Below are positions 49,701 to 64,000 of a DNA stretch of 64,000 bases, in pieces. The stretch's first letter is position 1; each line of letters begins with the position of its first letter. A model generated the notes under the pieces. That model did no database searches and was not told where the DNA came from. It worked only from the letters and a program-made list of their open reading frames with translations. The position numbers and the translations under genes were made by a program. This DNA comes from Raillietiella orientalis. Lineage: Eukaryota. The stretch covers positions 930,001 to 994,000 of the forward strand of contig JAYWIR010000023.1 of assembly GCA_036172245.1 (NCBI GenBank), in the 5' to 3' direction.

Positions 49701-52700
49701 GACTTCAAGATGTCGATCTCTATGACGAAGGTCACGAAGGCGCGTCCGTCAACAAGGGGATAAACGTCGTTCATCCAGCGTTCAGAGTGGCTCAGAAGAG
49801 CTCTGTACACGAGCACTCCATTAGCAGGGCATCTCAGATCTTGAGGGGAGAAACAAAAACGATTGAAAAACAACAGCAACAACAGGATGTGCAGAAACAG
49901 AAAAGAATAAAAGCAAAATCCACGGAGGTTCGGGTAATTCAGAGTTGGAAAGAAAGCATGGAAATTTTCTTTGGAGAAGTCTTCTAAAGAATGCCCACGA
50001 GACGATGTGAAGAGTCGTGTCCACTTCAAACGGCTGGTAGAGTTTTCGATCGGAGAAAGGCTGAGACACGTTGCTAAATTCGACCGGGCTTCGAGACACC
50101 GCTCAAAGCAACGGTGAGCTCAAAGAAAGCCTCTGAAGCAACTGAACGAGTGGAGGCAAGTGGTCCCCAGACGTCACAGGACCACCGTTTCATTTAAGAA
50201 GCAGAAGTGGAAATAACCAAAAGCAGCGTGCATCGAGCACCAAGATTCAGTGTGCTCGACTGCGAATTCCCGCTGATCATCGCGTCTTCCGCCTCAACGA
50301 ATTACGCTGGTACATTTGCGTGGAAGGATGCAAGTAATTCCCGTGGTTTCCGTGTTGTCAAAGGTCAAATTTGCACAGTAGCCTTTTCCTTTTTGTTTTT
50401 GAGAATGACATCGAAGCCCTCAAAGTATTCTTTATGATGTCGGAGTATTTCCGTTCGGAGCCATCTGAAATGTATTCAGAGTTTGTTAAGATTCCTTTGA
50501 GATCAGCTTGGTCTAGCGGCAAGTTGATCTCAAAGCAAGACGAATTCTTTCTTTGTTTCTACCTGTGAAACAAGAAGGGCTGCTTCAGATTTCCTCTCTC
50601 CAAGTGACTCATCCTCAGTTGAAACGAGCACATTTTACGAGTATTTTTTTTAAACTCGTGACCCTTCTTTTCTTGTGCTCGTTTGGGAGGTGGCTCACAT
50701 ACCAACCTCCTGATCAGCAATGCTTAGTGCATGTTGGCTGGCTCCACGGTCATTTTGACAGACAACCTTGCTTAGGAAACAAGGCATACGATTGGGGACG
50801 GTTCTCATCTTCCGGGCAAGCGAGTAGCAGAGCTGAAGAACTGCCGCTGTACCATCGAATTCGGTCAGTCCTGCTCGTTTTTGCTTGTGTTCTCATCTGG
50901 CCAAACACGTGCGGTCCATGCTGCCGCGACGTGCAGCCAAGGCCCAGGTATACCTGCATGTTGCTCACTGTCTCTTTACCAGTGTTATTTTTTAAAACTC
51001 CTCAGGGCCCAAATCGACTCGAGTGGTTTACCAAAACAAACAAACAAACACAAAACAAACGAAAGTGGCTCCTTTCGCCGACTCAGGCAAGAAAAATGTG
51101 GAAATGAACGGAAGATCCGAATATTCAGACCGCTATTAAGAACGTCCCACACACGGGACGACATAGGCGGCGCCTTTCGCACGATACGACGGGTAGAGCG
51201 AGTCGTAGCCGATTCTCTTAGATGGGAGCCAGTGTGTTTGCCTTGCAGCTGATGTTCTGTTTGTTAGAAGTGTTGATCTAAACTTTAGGTGACGGTGATC
51301 ATATCAGGGATGCGTGGGTTTCCAACGTTGCCCTCACCGCTGGCAGGGATTACGCATCTACGATGCACCTACAGATTCAACGTGCAAGCGCATGTTCAAT
51401 CAACATGCAAGTGCATGTTGGATCTGTAGGTACTAAAGCACCTCTCTCACTTTGCTCGTAGTTGCGCTTCGATTCGCCACTCATCCGGTCCCCTAGTCGA
51501 GAAGGGAGCGTGTTCGTTTGCCGAAATGTTGTACCATCTGGAAATCTTATGGGAACCTCTCGAACCCATTCAGCGAGCAGGAGTCTGTGGAGCGCCTCCC
51601 TTTCGAGGCTCGGGGTGTGAACAAGGAACATTCGTTCCCATCAAGAGGATTTCTGTATCAGATTTCCGCGTGGCTTACCGCGGCTTCCATCCAGCTTCGA
51701 AGACGATTCCACCTGGTCTTCTCTTCAAACGAACGCGAGAAGACAAACGGTGTGGAGCAGCGGCGCTAAGACGAAGAGGATCAGCGAACCGTCGGTCCCC
51801 GATCCACGAAACTCCTCTAATGCACATTCAAAGAAATTCGCATTGGAGGGATCCTCCTGTAATTGCATTCCATCCAGGTTTGAGGCAGCGTTTCTGCTCA
51901 ATAAATGAAGATGAAATTTCACTTCCATCTCACTTTCTCGTTGCGATTCCAGTCCGACAGCGCATGTGCATTACTGTACCTCGGTGAACTGCTGTTTATC
52001 ATCCCGCACCTGACTTACTGCAGTAATCATCGACAAATTACTGCTGCACCAGCTTGTCAGCAGTGATTTGCGATATGCGCTATTTACGGATGGTTTATTC
52101 GAGAAAAGCTTCCTCCTGCGTTTAACCCGAGTATCCCTGAAGATCTACCAATCAGTGCCACCAACGTAAATGAAATCCTTTCACTATCAAACCATCTCTC
52201 TCTTTTCCCCAGAAAGAAGAGATGATTAGAGACGGAAATTTCTCTAGCGCTTTTCCTTTGCCTTCACATCTTAGTCGAGTTCAGACAAATGTAAACTGAT
52301 GGATCATCGTCAACTAAAGCTTCTTTCCTACTACACTCAAAGAGCTTTCGTATTTCTGTTGTTTCCGTCTTTTTTTTTTTTTTTTTTTTTCTTTTCGAAA
52401 GCACTAATGTTCTTGCTAACGTATTTGCTGAGCTGCAAGATCTCAAACAGTGTTTTTTCCTGTTCCAAAAACAGAGGAAGCATTAACAGTTCTAATCGTG
52501 AGATTTGAAAGACATACTCTTGGAGATGCATTCACATTTATTTTTATCTTTTTTTTTTTTCGTTTTTCCGAAGGTGATTTTTCCAGCGGTTCTCGGAATT
52601 CGAAATTAGAGCGTGCAAGTCGACGATTTCGTGTGTTTGCGCGTGTATGCGTGCACACGTATCACTGATGGAAGAGAATTCAAGGATTTTTTTTCCTTCT

Positions 52701-55700
52701 TCTGCTGCTGCTGCCGTTTTTCGGATCCGGAGGTCCACCTAAGTTGACTTTAATTGGTCTCTTCTTCGTTGGAATCGTTGGGTAGGAATTTTCGCACGCC
52801 TCATCCGCATGAGGACATACACGAGGAGTACGAATTCCTCCGAGCCGCCGCCACACCAACCTCCAGCAAAGTCGAAATTTAGAAAGTGGAGAAGGGGAGA
52901 TTTGTAGTAAGAAAACTCATTAAACAAAGAAAAATAGTAATAATGAAAGTAATAAAATAAAAAGGAAAGTACGTTTCTTCGACGGAGGCTCGTCACTCCA
53001 CGATAGGGAATCCACTTGAGCAGCGGCAGTGAAAACTCTGAACAGCCTCGCAAAAAAAAAAAAAAAAAAATGCACTTTTTCTCTTGTAGGCAGAGGAAAG
53101 AAAGTGTCTTCCGAGGTGAGGCGAGAGTTGGCTGACAGCTTGTCGTGGGCTTCTCTTTGCCTCCAATCTTGCCATGACGGAAGCTTTTCTGCATTCCAGC
53201 ATCGGTCCACGCAAAATTCTGAACTTCGGAATGTTTAGACACGAAGCACGCTAATGTTTTGGACAAATATGTATGGAATTTTTCCAAAGCGATGTGTTTT
53301 CGTGCCTCATTCATATGATCTGTATTGCTTTTGTTATAATCCCCGGAAATTTTTCTTTTTTTTAAAGAAAAAAAAAACAATTTGCATTTCAAGAAGTTTG
53401 ATGAGTTTTTTTGCAAGAGAAAGTAGTAAGCAATAGATTATGACCGAAGGCATCGGACCTGTTTGCAAATGAGAAAATTTCCTGGATAATTGGGTTTCAA
53501 ACTACTAATCTGCTTTCCTTCTGGCTTACTTGATTTCCTTATTTTCATGTTTTAGAATAACAACCGTCAACCATGCCTTTTTTCTTTTAAAAAAAAAAAA
53601 AAAAAACTCAGCATCAAAATATCTCTTACTTCATTCAAAGTTGAATTTGCATCTCTTTTTAGATGGGATATGCGAATCCATCACAAGTCGGAGAAGGAAT
53701 TCACTTGCGTTTGTACTCCAGAGCGTACATCATCGATGACGGTGTGAATCGAGTGTTATTTGTCAGCTTAGATGCAGGCATGACCTCCCAAGCTGTGAGG
53801 ATGGAGGTAACGGACGAAGTCACTAGCCACTTTTCAGTGGTAGCGTCTCACAGGTTGTCAGGCAGCTCAAACTAGAGTATGGGTCACTGTACACTGAGAA
53901 AAATGTAATGATATCCAGTACTCACACTCATTCCGGACCAGCAGGTTATTTTCAATATGTCCTTTTTGATATCACCAGCTTAGGCTTCATAAACCAAACA
54001 TTCATATCTCTGGTTGAAGGCATTATGTTGGTGAGTGAAAGTATGAAGTGATTTACGAAAATTTTCTCAGAGTATTTCTCGGGCTCATGGTTCCATAAGA
54101 CCTGGATATCTATACTATAACAAAGGAATCCTCTTAGGTGCTAACATCAACAGGAGTCCAACAGCCTATCTGGAGAATCCAGAGGAAGAGAGACAGAGGT
54201 AAAAAAAAAAAAAAAACAAAAAAAAAAAAGAAAATGGCACTTCTATCGATCATTTCAATGTTGATCAGGTACCAATATGACGTGGATAAAGAAATGGAAC
54301 AAATAGCATTAATAGATGTGAATGGAAAGCCCAGAGGAGTGATAAATTGGTTCGCAGTGCATGCCACGAGCATGAATTTCAGCAATAGGCTGGTATCCAG
54401 CGACAACAAGGGAGTAGCGTCAATGCTTTTCGAGAAGTATATGAACAAAGACTCTGTCCCAGGAAGGGTAAGGCGGGATCTTTCCTAAATCAGTAAAAGC
54501 ACGATTGAAATAGGGACCATTCGTTGCAGCATTCGCGTCTGCAAATTTGGGAGATGTCTCCCCGAATGTTCGTGGACCACGATGCACAGATACAAATCTA
54601 CCTTGCGATTTGCATACTAGCACATGCAACGGACGCACTCAGTCGTGCGTCGCTTCAGGTCCAGGAAAGGATATGTTTGAAAGTACATATATTATCGGAA
54701 ATATGCAATTCGAGAAAGCGCTGGTATGCAAATCACCGTTCTTAATAGTTAGCACGCAATCACCCGTTCCTTCTCAGGAATTGTATTTCGACAAAAATAA
54801 CACTGCTGTAAAATTATCCGGTCCCATAGACTTTCGACATAGTTACATCGACATCACGGAGCAAGAAGTGCAAGTGCTGAATCCCATCACAGGCCACATG
54901 AAATCCGTTAAAACCTGCAAACCCGCAATGGGCTACAGCTTTGCTGCTGGTACAACAGACGGCCCAGGGGTGTTTGACTTCAAACAGGGAACAACTACCG
55001 ATAATGCCTTCTGGAACTTCGTACGCAATCTAATCCACCCTCCAAGTTTGGAATTGCGTCGCTGCCACGCACCCAAGCCCATTCTTTTGGCCACGGGAGA
55101 AATGACGTTTCCCTTTACGTGGCAGCCGTCCATAGTGGATACTCAGATTTTAAGGATCGGACAGCTGCTAGTTGCAGGGGTTCCTGGAGAATTCACAACG
55201 ATGTCGGGAAGGCGTTTGAGAGAACTTATAAGAAGCACTGTGTTAGAGAAGGGTTGGCCAGCAGATCAGCCATTATTTCCGGTGGTGGCGGGATTAGCTA
55301 ATGCTTACACCGATTATATAGCAACTTACGAAGAATACCAAGTACAACGATACGAAGGCGCTTCGACCGCTTACGGACCCCACACCCTACAGGCATACCT
55401 GAACATGTTCAAAAATCTTTCTTCCAGTCTGATGACCGTTAGTGCACTCTATCCCTGTGTAGCATCTGTTAAAAGTAAGATCTGATTTCGCAGGGAGAAT
55501 ACTTACCCCCCGGTCCGAAGCCCCCTAATCTAATGGATGATCAGTACAGTTTCGTGCCGAATGTGATTTTTGACAATTCTCCATTCGGAAAAACATTTGG
55601 AGACTGTTTGATACAGCCGCCTTCTCTAGTCAAGCAAGGGGAAACAGTAGCAGTTTCATTTGTAAGATTACCGGATCTCCTGATGTAGTCGCCGCACCCG

Positions 55701-56123
55701 ATGTGTTTCAGGTAGCTGGAAATCCGAGAAACAACGTGATGTCGGAAAGATCGTATCTGACTGTCGAAAGGAAAACCAGAAACAAGTGGACGGTGGTAGC
55801 CACCGATTCGAATTGGGAAACTCGGTGGGTTCTGCGAAATTTCACACGCACATCTTTTCTCACTCCGGTGTTGCTTCAGATTCAAATGGGTTAGCAGAAG
55901 ATTCCTCTTTATGTTCGGGGAAAGCGAGGCGCATATTAGCTGGGATGTGCCAAAGAAGCAGGACCCTGGAACATACAGGATACGCCATTTCGGATATCAT
56001 AAACCCGTCTTCAGATCCCCAGCCTATTACTCAGGTTCTACGAAAGAGTTTCAAGTGACAGATGTGAGTATCCTCGAATTCGCTGATTATCGCTCGCTTT
56101 AGGTGCACGGCCGTTACATCTAG
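44802..56123 (+). CDS. ASAH2: Neutral ceramidase (N-acylsphingosine amidohydrolase, CDase), secreted or type II, about 729 aa
   Basis: Phase-consistent exons: 44802-44851, 44913-45048, 53663-53806, 53854-54030, 54071-54198, 54269-54467, 54514-54723, 54778-55437, 55494-55661, 55712-55824, 55880-56063, 56103-56123 (or read-through stop at 56102). Signal-like VLALLSCLLLLLP; family motifs GVGIADITGP..MMGYA, THTHSGP, NINRSP, WFAVHATS, NLGDVSPN, GYSFAAGTTDGPG, PGEFTTMSGRR, YEGAST.YGP, GTYRIRHFG. Confidence 0.95.
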
Positions 56124-56191
56124 AGCAAGACACGTTCTTCAGTTTCCGGATGAATATCAGCAAGTGCGCCTCTGACGGCTGTACATCATCA

Positions 56192-56197
56192 AATAAA
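56192..56197 (+). terminator. Candidate polyadenylation signal of the ceramidase gene
   Basis: AATAAA about 70 nt after the stop at 56123, followed by T/GT-rich sequence. Confidence 0.55.
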
Positions 56198-57224
56198 AGC
56201 GAATGAGTGCTCCTCCTTCTGTAAAGCGTTGTCTGTCATCAGAAATACTTTGGCTTTAGTGAATTCTCTTTTGTCCGCAAGGATCGCCTGAAGAACAGCT
56301 TCGGAAAGAGCTCAGTCCAACTATCGATGACCACATCGATCCTCAAGAACCACTTACGTGCGCTAGAATCATTTACTTATTGCTCGGAGAGCTTCCAAAC
56401 TGATAAGTGTTCACACTCGGCACACACACAAAAGCCACGCGACCATTGAGTATCTCCTTAGGAATCACAATGAAACTTGGGCATCCCGTACATGATGATG
56501 AAAAGGAAGCAGCGATGTACATAAAGAAAATCAGGATCTCAAATAACAGTACTCTAATGTAGACACTGTGATGGCGGGAATATCTTAACTCATTCGAATA
56601 CCTATGCTGAAGGCTGGACGAAAGATAGAAAAACATCGATTCTCCGTTTTCATTGACTATTTCAGATCCACTTCACCAAGAAAATAAATAGATAGAAAAA
56701 AAAAACATTCTTGTTTTCAAATTCTTCCAGCATCTCGAATTCACTTAAGGGAATGTTACCTCTGCCCATATAGACAGACAGAAAGAATTTTAAAAGCATG
56801 TTTCCTCTCATTTATAGCATGATTGTCCATCCATGAGGAACTCATTTTGCCTTTAAATATTGCTGAAATCATCACATATACAAAGGAGTCCTTGGTTACC
56901 CGCATTTCGAATTTCCTGTCTTCGATCGGGAAAAATACGTCTGCATCCTCAGCAAAAGTCAAGTAGTCAGATCTGTAACTTCCATGTTATTAAAACTCTG
57001 TGTTTGTAATGGAAAATGAAAACACATTTTCCCTTTCTGTATTCGATCATTTCGTCCATGGATCTCAATGACATTCAATTTTGTGTGTGTGTGTTTTCTT
57101 CCAGTGATCACTTGAGAACGGTTATTTTACTCGTATCCCTCATCCATACCGATGAATTTTTCATTTTTCTCTTATTTCCTGCATAAGATTCATTACTCAA
57201 GTTCGCTTTTTGTCAGACCACAGG

Positions 57225-57256
57225 AAAAACAAAAACAAAACAAAACAAAACAAAAC
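57225..57256. repeat. (CAAAA)n pentanucleotide repeat
   Basis: aaaaacaaaaacaaaacaaaacaaaacaaaac. Confidence 0.9.
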
Positions 57257-58577
57257 GAAAAGAAAAGGAAGAGAACAACGCCTCTCTCATCTTCTCCCTG
57301 ATGAATATCCCAAACACCATGTGATTTCCTGTGTCAAACACTGAAAAGCTGTGAATTTCCCATCCCTTCTTTCTTCATACATAGAAAACACCAATAAAAA
57401 TCAATTCCATTGAACTTATCAGTCCATCTTCTATATTACAAGATCCTTGGAACAAAAACAGCTCGATTTCCCATGTAGTCATGTAATGTTTTATTGGCTC
57501 AGAATACTATGCACCTAAGAACACCATCTTGTTGGACATAGAAAGAGATATTTTCTCTGCACAAGGCTACAGCTTTACTCAGCTCTCCTCCCATTCTCTC
57601 GATTATCTAATCATAGAAAAAAAAGAGACTACAATTCAAAAAGAATCATTTCAATGTGCAATATTTTCCACAGTTTGATTCATTTCACATTTAGTTCGAT
57701 AATAATAATTCTACTTTTTACTCTTGGTTAAATCTCTAATTCATCTTGCTGCCAGCTTTCATAGTGAAAACAAGGATGAATGAAGAGAAATGTGAAATGA
57801 AAGCGCGCGTATCTTTTCTTTCCAATATCATTTACATTTCCAATATCATTGAGATGACAAAATTGAAGACTTCAAAAGATCTCGGGAATGTAGCGATGAA
57901 GCAGGCCTAAAATGCCTCTGGAATTGGACTTTGGAAGAGGGATTCCCATATGGATTGGTATTCGAAAATAGATGGACAGTAAATACTATCCCGTTTTTAA
58001 AACTGAATTCCTGAGTGAGCATGGGCGAATGAAAACAGGAAAATTTGTATGTATCATTTTTATCATTAGGAATTTCATAATACAGGAACAGAAACAGATA
58101 ATACCAGAAACATAATACAGAGACGTAATCAACACAGTAATGGTAGAAAAGAATGAGAAAACCCTCCTTTGATTTATGAGAGAATGAATATCGTCTGTGC
58201 TCCACATCTCAGCCAATCTTTCTCGATTCATTTGCTGCTAATACCGATCTAATTTCAAGTTTCGAAAGTTTTATTTCAACCTTGCTTTCCTTCTTTTTTT
58301 TGCCGTTTAGCATACATTCTAAATTCTCGAGCCTGAAGAAATATGAGTAAATAAAGCCTTCCCCACCTTTTAAAATATTTTGTTTAGAAATTCAGGTAGC
58401 ATAACGAGAATTATCTTCATAATTTTGCTTCTGCATTTCACGAATCTTCGTATACTTCTGTCCTTCGATATACTAGAAGTTCTGTGATTACTACTACGGC
58501 TTCAGAAGAGCTGAAAGAAATAAAAATTCCATGAGAACATAATGGAAAAGATGAAGCAGTTGCACTTTAAATGTAGT

Positions 58578-58588
58578 GGCCCCGCCCC
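58578..58588. promoter_or_regulatory. Sp1/KLF-type GC box, candidate promoter element of the zinc-finger gene
   Basis: Isolated GGCCCCGCCCC in otherwise very AT-rich DNA, 0.8-1 kb upstream of the zinc-finger coding start. Confidence 0.3.
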
Positions 58589-59612
58589 TTAATTCATAAA
58601 TTATATTATTCATCATTTTTTATTGCCCTGTTTCTTTCCTTTTCCTTCCTTCGGTTTTATTTTGGGAAAAGTAGCTCCCTTCTGAGTTTTAAATGCATGC
58701 ATATGAATTTAAATCAAAAAAAGATTTGTTTTGTATGTTTCAAAGTTTCATTAACATGGAAAAGCTTTGCAACATAACAGGAGGCAAAATTAGTACCAAA
58801 AAAAAATGTTTATAATCATTTAATGAGCAGATGATTGTGAAGGTTTGTGAATATTAGTTCTCAGTAATCTTTTCGTGCAAAATTTTATATTATGTATAGG
58901 ATGCTTGTTTTTCCACTATAGACATCTCCAGGGAATGACGATGTAATTCAGGAAATAAATGTAAATAAAATAAATAAATCAGCTGCTTGATATTTTAGTC
59001 TCAGTGAGCTCGTTTGTTGATCGATTCCTTAACCTTTGAAATCATTTGTGTAAACTTTATCACAATTACAAAATCAGTGGTGATTAGACTGTTGTGGCCA
59101 ATGTATTGTGAAATACTTACGCTGCTCTTTTCATTAGATTATCTGTAAAATATGCTCTGCCTACATAATTCCGAAGGGACATCGAATTATCCATGCGGGA
59201 AAGCGAAATGATCTATTTTCGAATAATGAAACTCAGATTTCATATCCCCTATGCACTGAAGAAATACAAATCAATAAATTATAAGTAAAATTCTGTTTAT
59301 TTTCCTTCAGGATAATACATTTTAAAGTTTTTCCATTCGATTTCCCAACATATGCGGTACACGACTGCTTGGAATGACACGGAAAGTAATGCTTGTAATT
59401 GGCAACCATTGCTCTTTGGTTTCTTGCTATGTTTACTCTTGTTTTTGTACTTCTGGAGGAACCGTTATTCTTGCTTTTACGTGTGCTTGTGCGTAAGTTA
59501 TCGTAGGCTTTGGCGTGTGTGTAAAGGTCTAGCTTGATGCACTAGACCCCATGAACCCTTGCTGTTTCTTGTTTGGCAGAATAATATATGGAGAACGTTT
59601 ATTTTAAAGAAA

Positions 59613-61844
<2,232 letters not shown>

Positions 61845-61910
61845 CCCATCCAAGCAAAAAACTCAGAATACTCCCATTTCAGCTATGCTATTTTTCCATG
61901 ATAAAAACTA

Positions 61911-63999
61911 TTAAACAATTTCGTTCTCAGTAGTATGTTGAAAAGAACACTGGGATTCTAGCACAGGGCAACCATCGGGATGATTACAATGGAACCAGCA
62001 AGGGCGGCTTTTCCAAAAGATGTACTTTTTGGATTGCTTATCGAGTTCATCTTTTTCTATTGGTGTGGGAATGCACAATCTCACTCCATCTGATTTCAAG
62101 CTAAAAATATGTCCGTGGTTCCTAAGAACAGTCTGCATGCCACCACATGCATGCTTGAGCAGCAGCAATTCTTGTTGGGAGAATAAATGCACCAATTCAC
62201 TAATGCTTGCTACACCACCAGCATTCCATGTTCCATCTTTGATACAGGGCATATTTAGTAAATGAATTGCACACTTCTGTATTACATTGCTAACATATTC
62301 AAATGGCAACTGAGAACCATTTAGAACAGGAATTTCAGGAGACCTAGGCACAAAATGCTTCTTTGTTGTAAGCAATTGACTGATGCTCTTCTTCCAAATA
62401 GACCACTGGTGTGGGGGATAAACCCTTCCTTGGCTTATTAAACAGTATCGTTTTGTTGATGGGATGCGTAATCTGTCTTCTTCAATGAGAAAACCACATT
62501 TCTGGGATAACTGCGCTAGATATGTCTGGTACTCTGTATAGACACTAAGGTTAGCATTCTTTCGCTGGTATTTTCCATATAAGTCATGGGGACAACATGG
62601 TAACAAAAAAAAATTAGTCAATGCGGAGCTTTGGGCAGCAATAATAGGAATCCAAGGAGTGAGTTCATCTGAATGATTTCCAATTATCCAGGAAGCATCA
62701 TCAAATGAACAAGTTTCAGGATGAATGGTCACTTCCTAAAAATGTAACATCAGAACATGCAAATTACATGAGAAACAATAGGTTATATTTGAACACTTGC
62801 AGGGTACGTTTTTCTTTTCTTTTATGTTTCAACACAATTAAAGTCTTTATATTCTTTTGGTGCAGTAGCTGTGCTAGCATCTTAATGTAGTATACTAATA
62901 CTTCCAAGGAGAAATGCATGGAAAAGTTTATTCAGTAACCAATTGAATCAATTTTTAGTGACTAAATATATTAAACTTTAATTATTTGCCTTATGCTTGT
63001 TGCCAGATATCAAAGAACACTAAAATTAGATTGGAATCAAGTGCCTAAAAGCATACTTTTGTGACCCCTATTACGCTTCATTATTATTTAGGCAAATTAG
63101 TCATTAATCTGCATAAGTAATGATTAAGCATTAGTGGAACATAAATGAATATTGTTTCAATTGTAAGTGGTGTTACATCATATTTAAGGTTGTACAAAGA
63201 AGCAAGTTGATCTACTGAATACTTTCTGTTGCAGCACAATTCCTGTTTTTTCTGCACTTGCAAAATACTACTTTCTTAATTACAAGTAATGACACTAACC
63301 TTTAAAATTGTTTCTGAATCTGGATATGAATCCCATATTCTTCTCTTTTTCATATCAATCCCAAAACCATCGTACCCTTCACTATTGAGAAGATGAACCA
63401 ATAAACCATTGCCACATCCAACATCAACAAACTTAACAACTGAATGTGCATTTTGCCACAATGCTATCAAATAAGAAGCAATGGCAATATCTTCAAATAC
63501 AAATTTTTGAGGATCAGTGTTTTCCTTCCAGTCCTTCAAACACAAAGTTATTAAGTATGATGAGAAAAAATTATAAAATTATAAACCACAATTTTGTGAA
63601 CACACAATACATGTCCATGCATAAGCTAAATATGCACGTAATTGATAACATTCACCTTGACTTCACTTCAAAGCAACTTTCTAAACAAGACCATCATAAG
63701 TTGTAACTTCCTTACCTTTGACAAAAGTGTTCCATATTTTAACTTCAGTTTACTATATATATTGAAATACAGTTCTTTATTTATTAGACTTAATGAATTT
63801 CTAACTTTTCCTATGTCTACTGATGCAAAAGAACTCATCTTTTTGAACAAAACATATTCAATCCAGGGAGGAGGACATTTATCCTTCTTATACCACAATT
63901 CCAACTGAGACTGTTGGAGAATAAATGCATACACTTCACTTGGAAAACCCTGGATTATATGATGCTTCTTTGAAAAAGTCATTGGTACGAAAATTCCAT
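61911..63999 (-). CDS. TRMT44: tRNA (uracil-O(2)-)-methyltransferase TRM44 homolog; 5' end lies outside the window
   Basis: Exons window edge-63716, 63300-63533, 61911-62735. Motifs TDPQKFVFEDIAIASYL, FVDVGCGNGLLVHLL (SAM binding), IIGNHSDELTPWIP, FFLLPCC, LRIPSTKR, and the C-terminal CCCH finger CWFHCNHPDGCPVLESQCSFQH. Confidence 0.93.
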
Positions 64000-64000
64000 A

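Noticed and set aside
52739..53416. 225-aa minus-strand ORF within ceramidase intron 2
   Set aside because: Built from poly-A/T tracts (Phe/Lys runs), has a non-ATG start and no domain features.

Overview
Eukaryotic, most likely arthropod, genomic DNA with four intron-containing host genes; no prokaryotic system, CRISPR array, rRNA or tRNA was recognisable. The genes are: (1) a complete 12-exon FUBP1/KHSRP/Psi-family KH-domain RNA-binding gene (-, 8792-12266); (2) a complete neutral ceramidase (+, 44802-56123), whose signal-peptide exons sit 8.6 kb upstream of the rest inside a GC-rich block; (3) a 12-finger C2H2 zinc-finger gene (+, about 59352/59613-61844); (4) the 3' part of TRMT44 (-, 61911 to the window edge), converging on the zinc-finger gene. 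The window opens with a 5'-truncated, GC-rich L1/Tx1-like non-LTR retrotransposon bounded on both sides by TTAGG and carrying a 3' stem-loop. The intergenic DNA (2-8 kb and 12.4-44.7 kb) holds heavily decayed transposon fossils recognised only by motif order (a Buster-type hAT transposase and several LINE APE/RT remnants), plus two sharply bounded GC/CpG-rich, G-run-rich domains. The most notable points are pervasive 39-50 nt introns, the TTAGG-bounded LINE, a possible membrane-anchor exon on the zinc-finger protein, and an orphan first-exon-like segment at about 25.7-26.0 kb. I found no clearly novel multi-gene system. All exon models and fossil assignments were made by eye and need RNA-seq or HMM confirmation.
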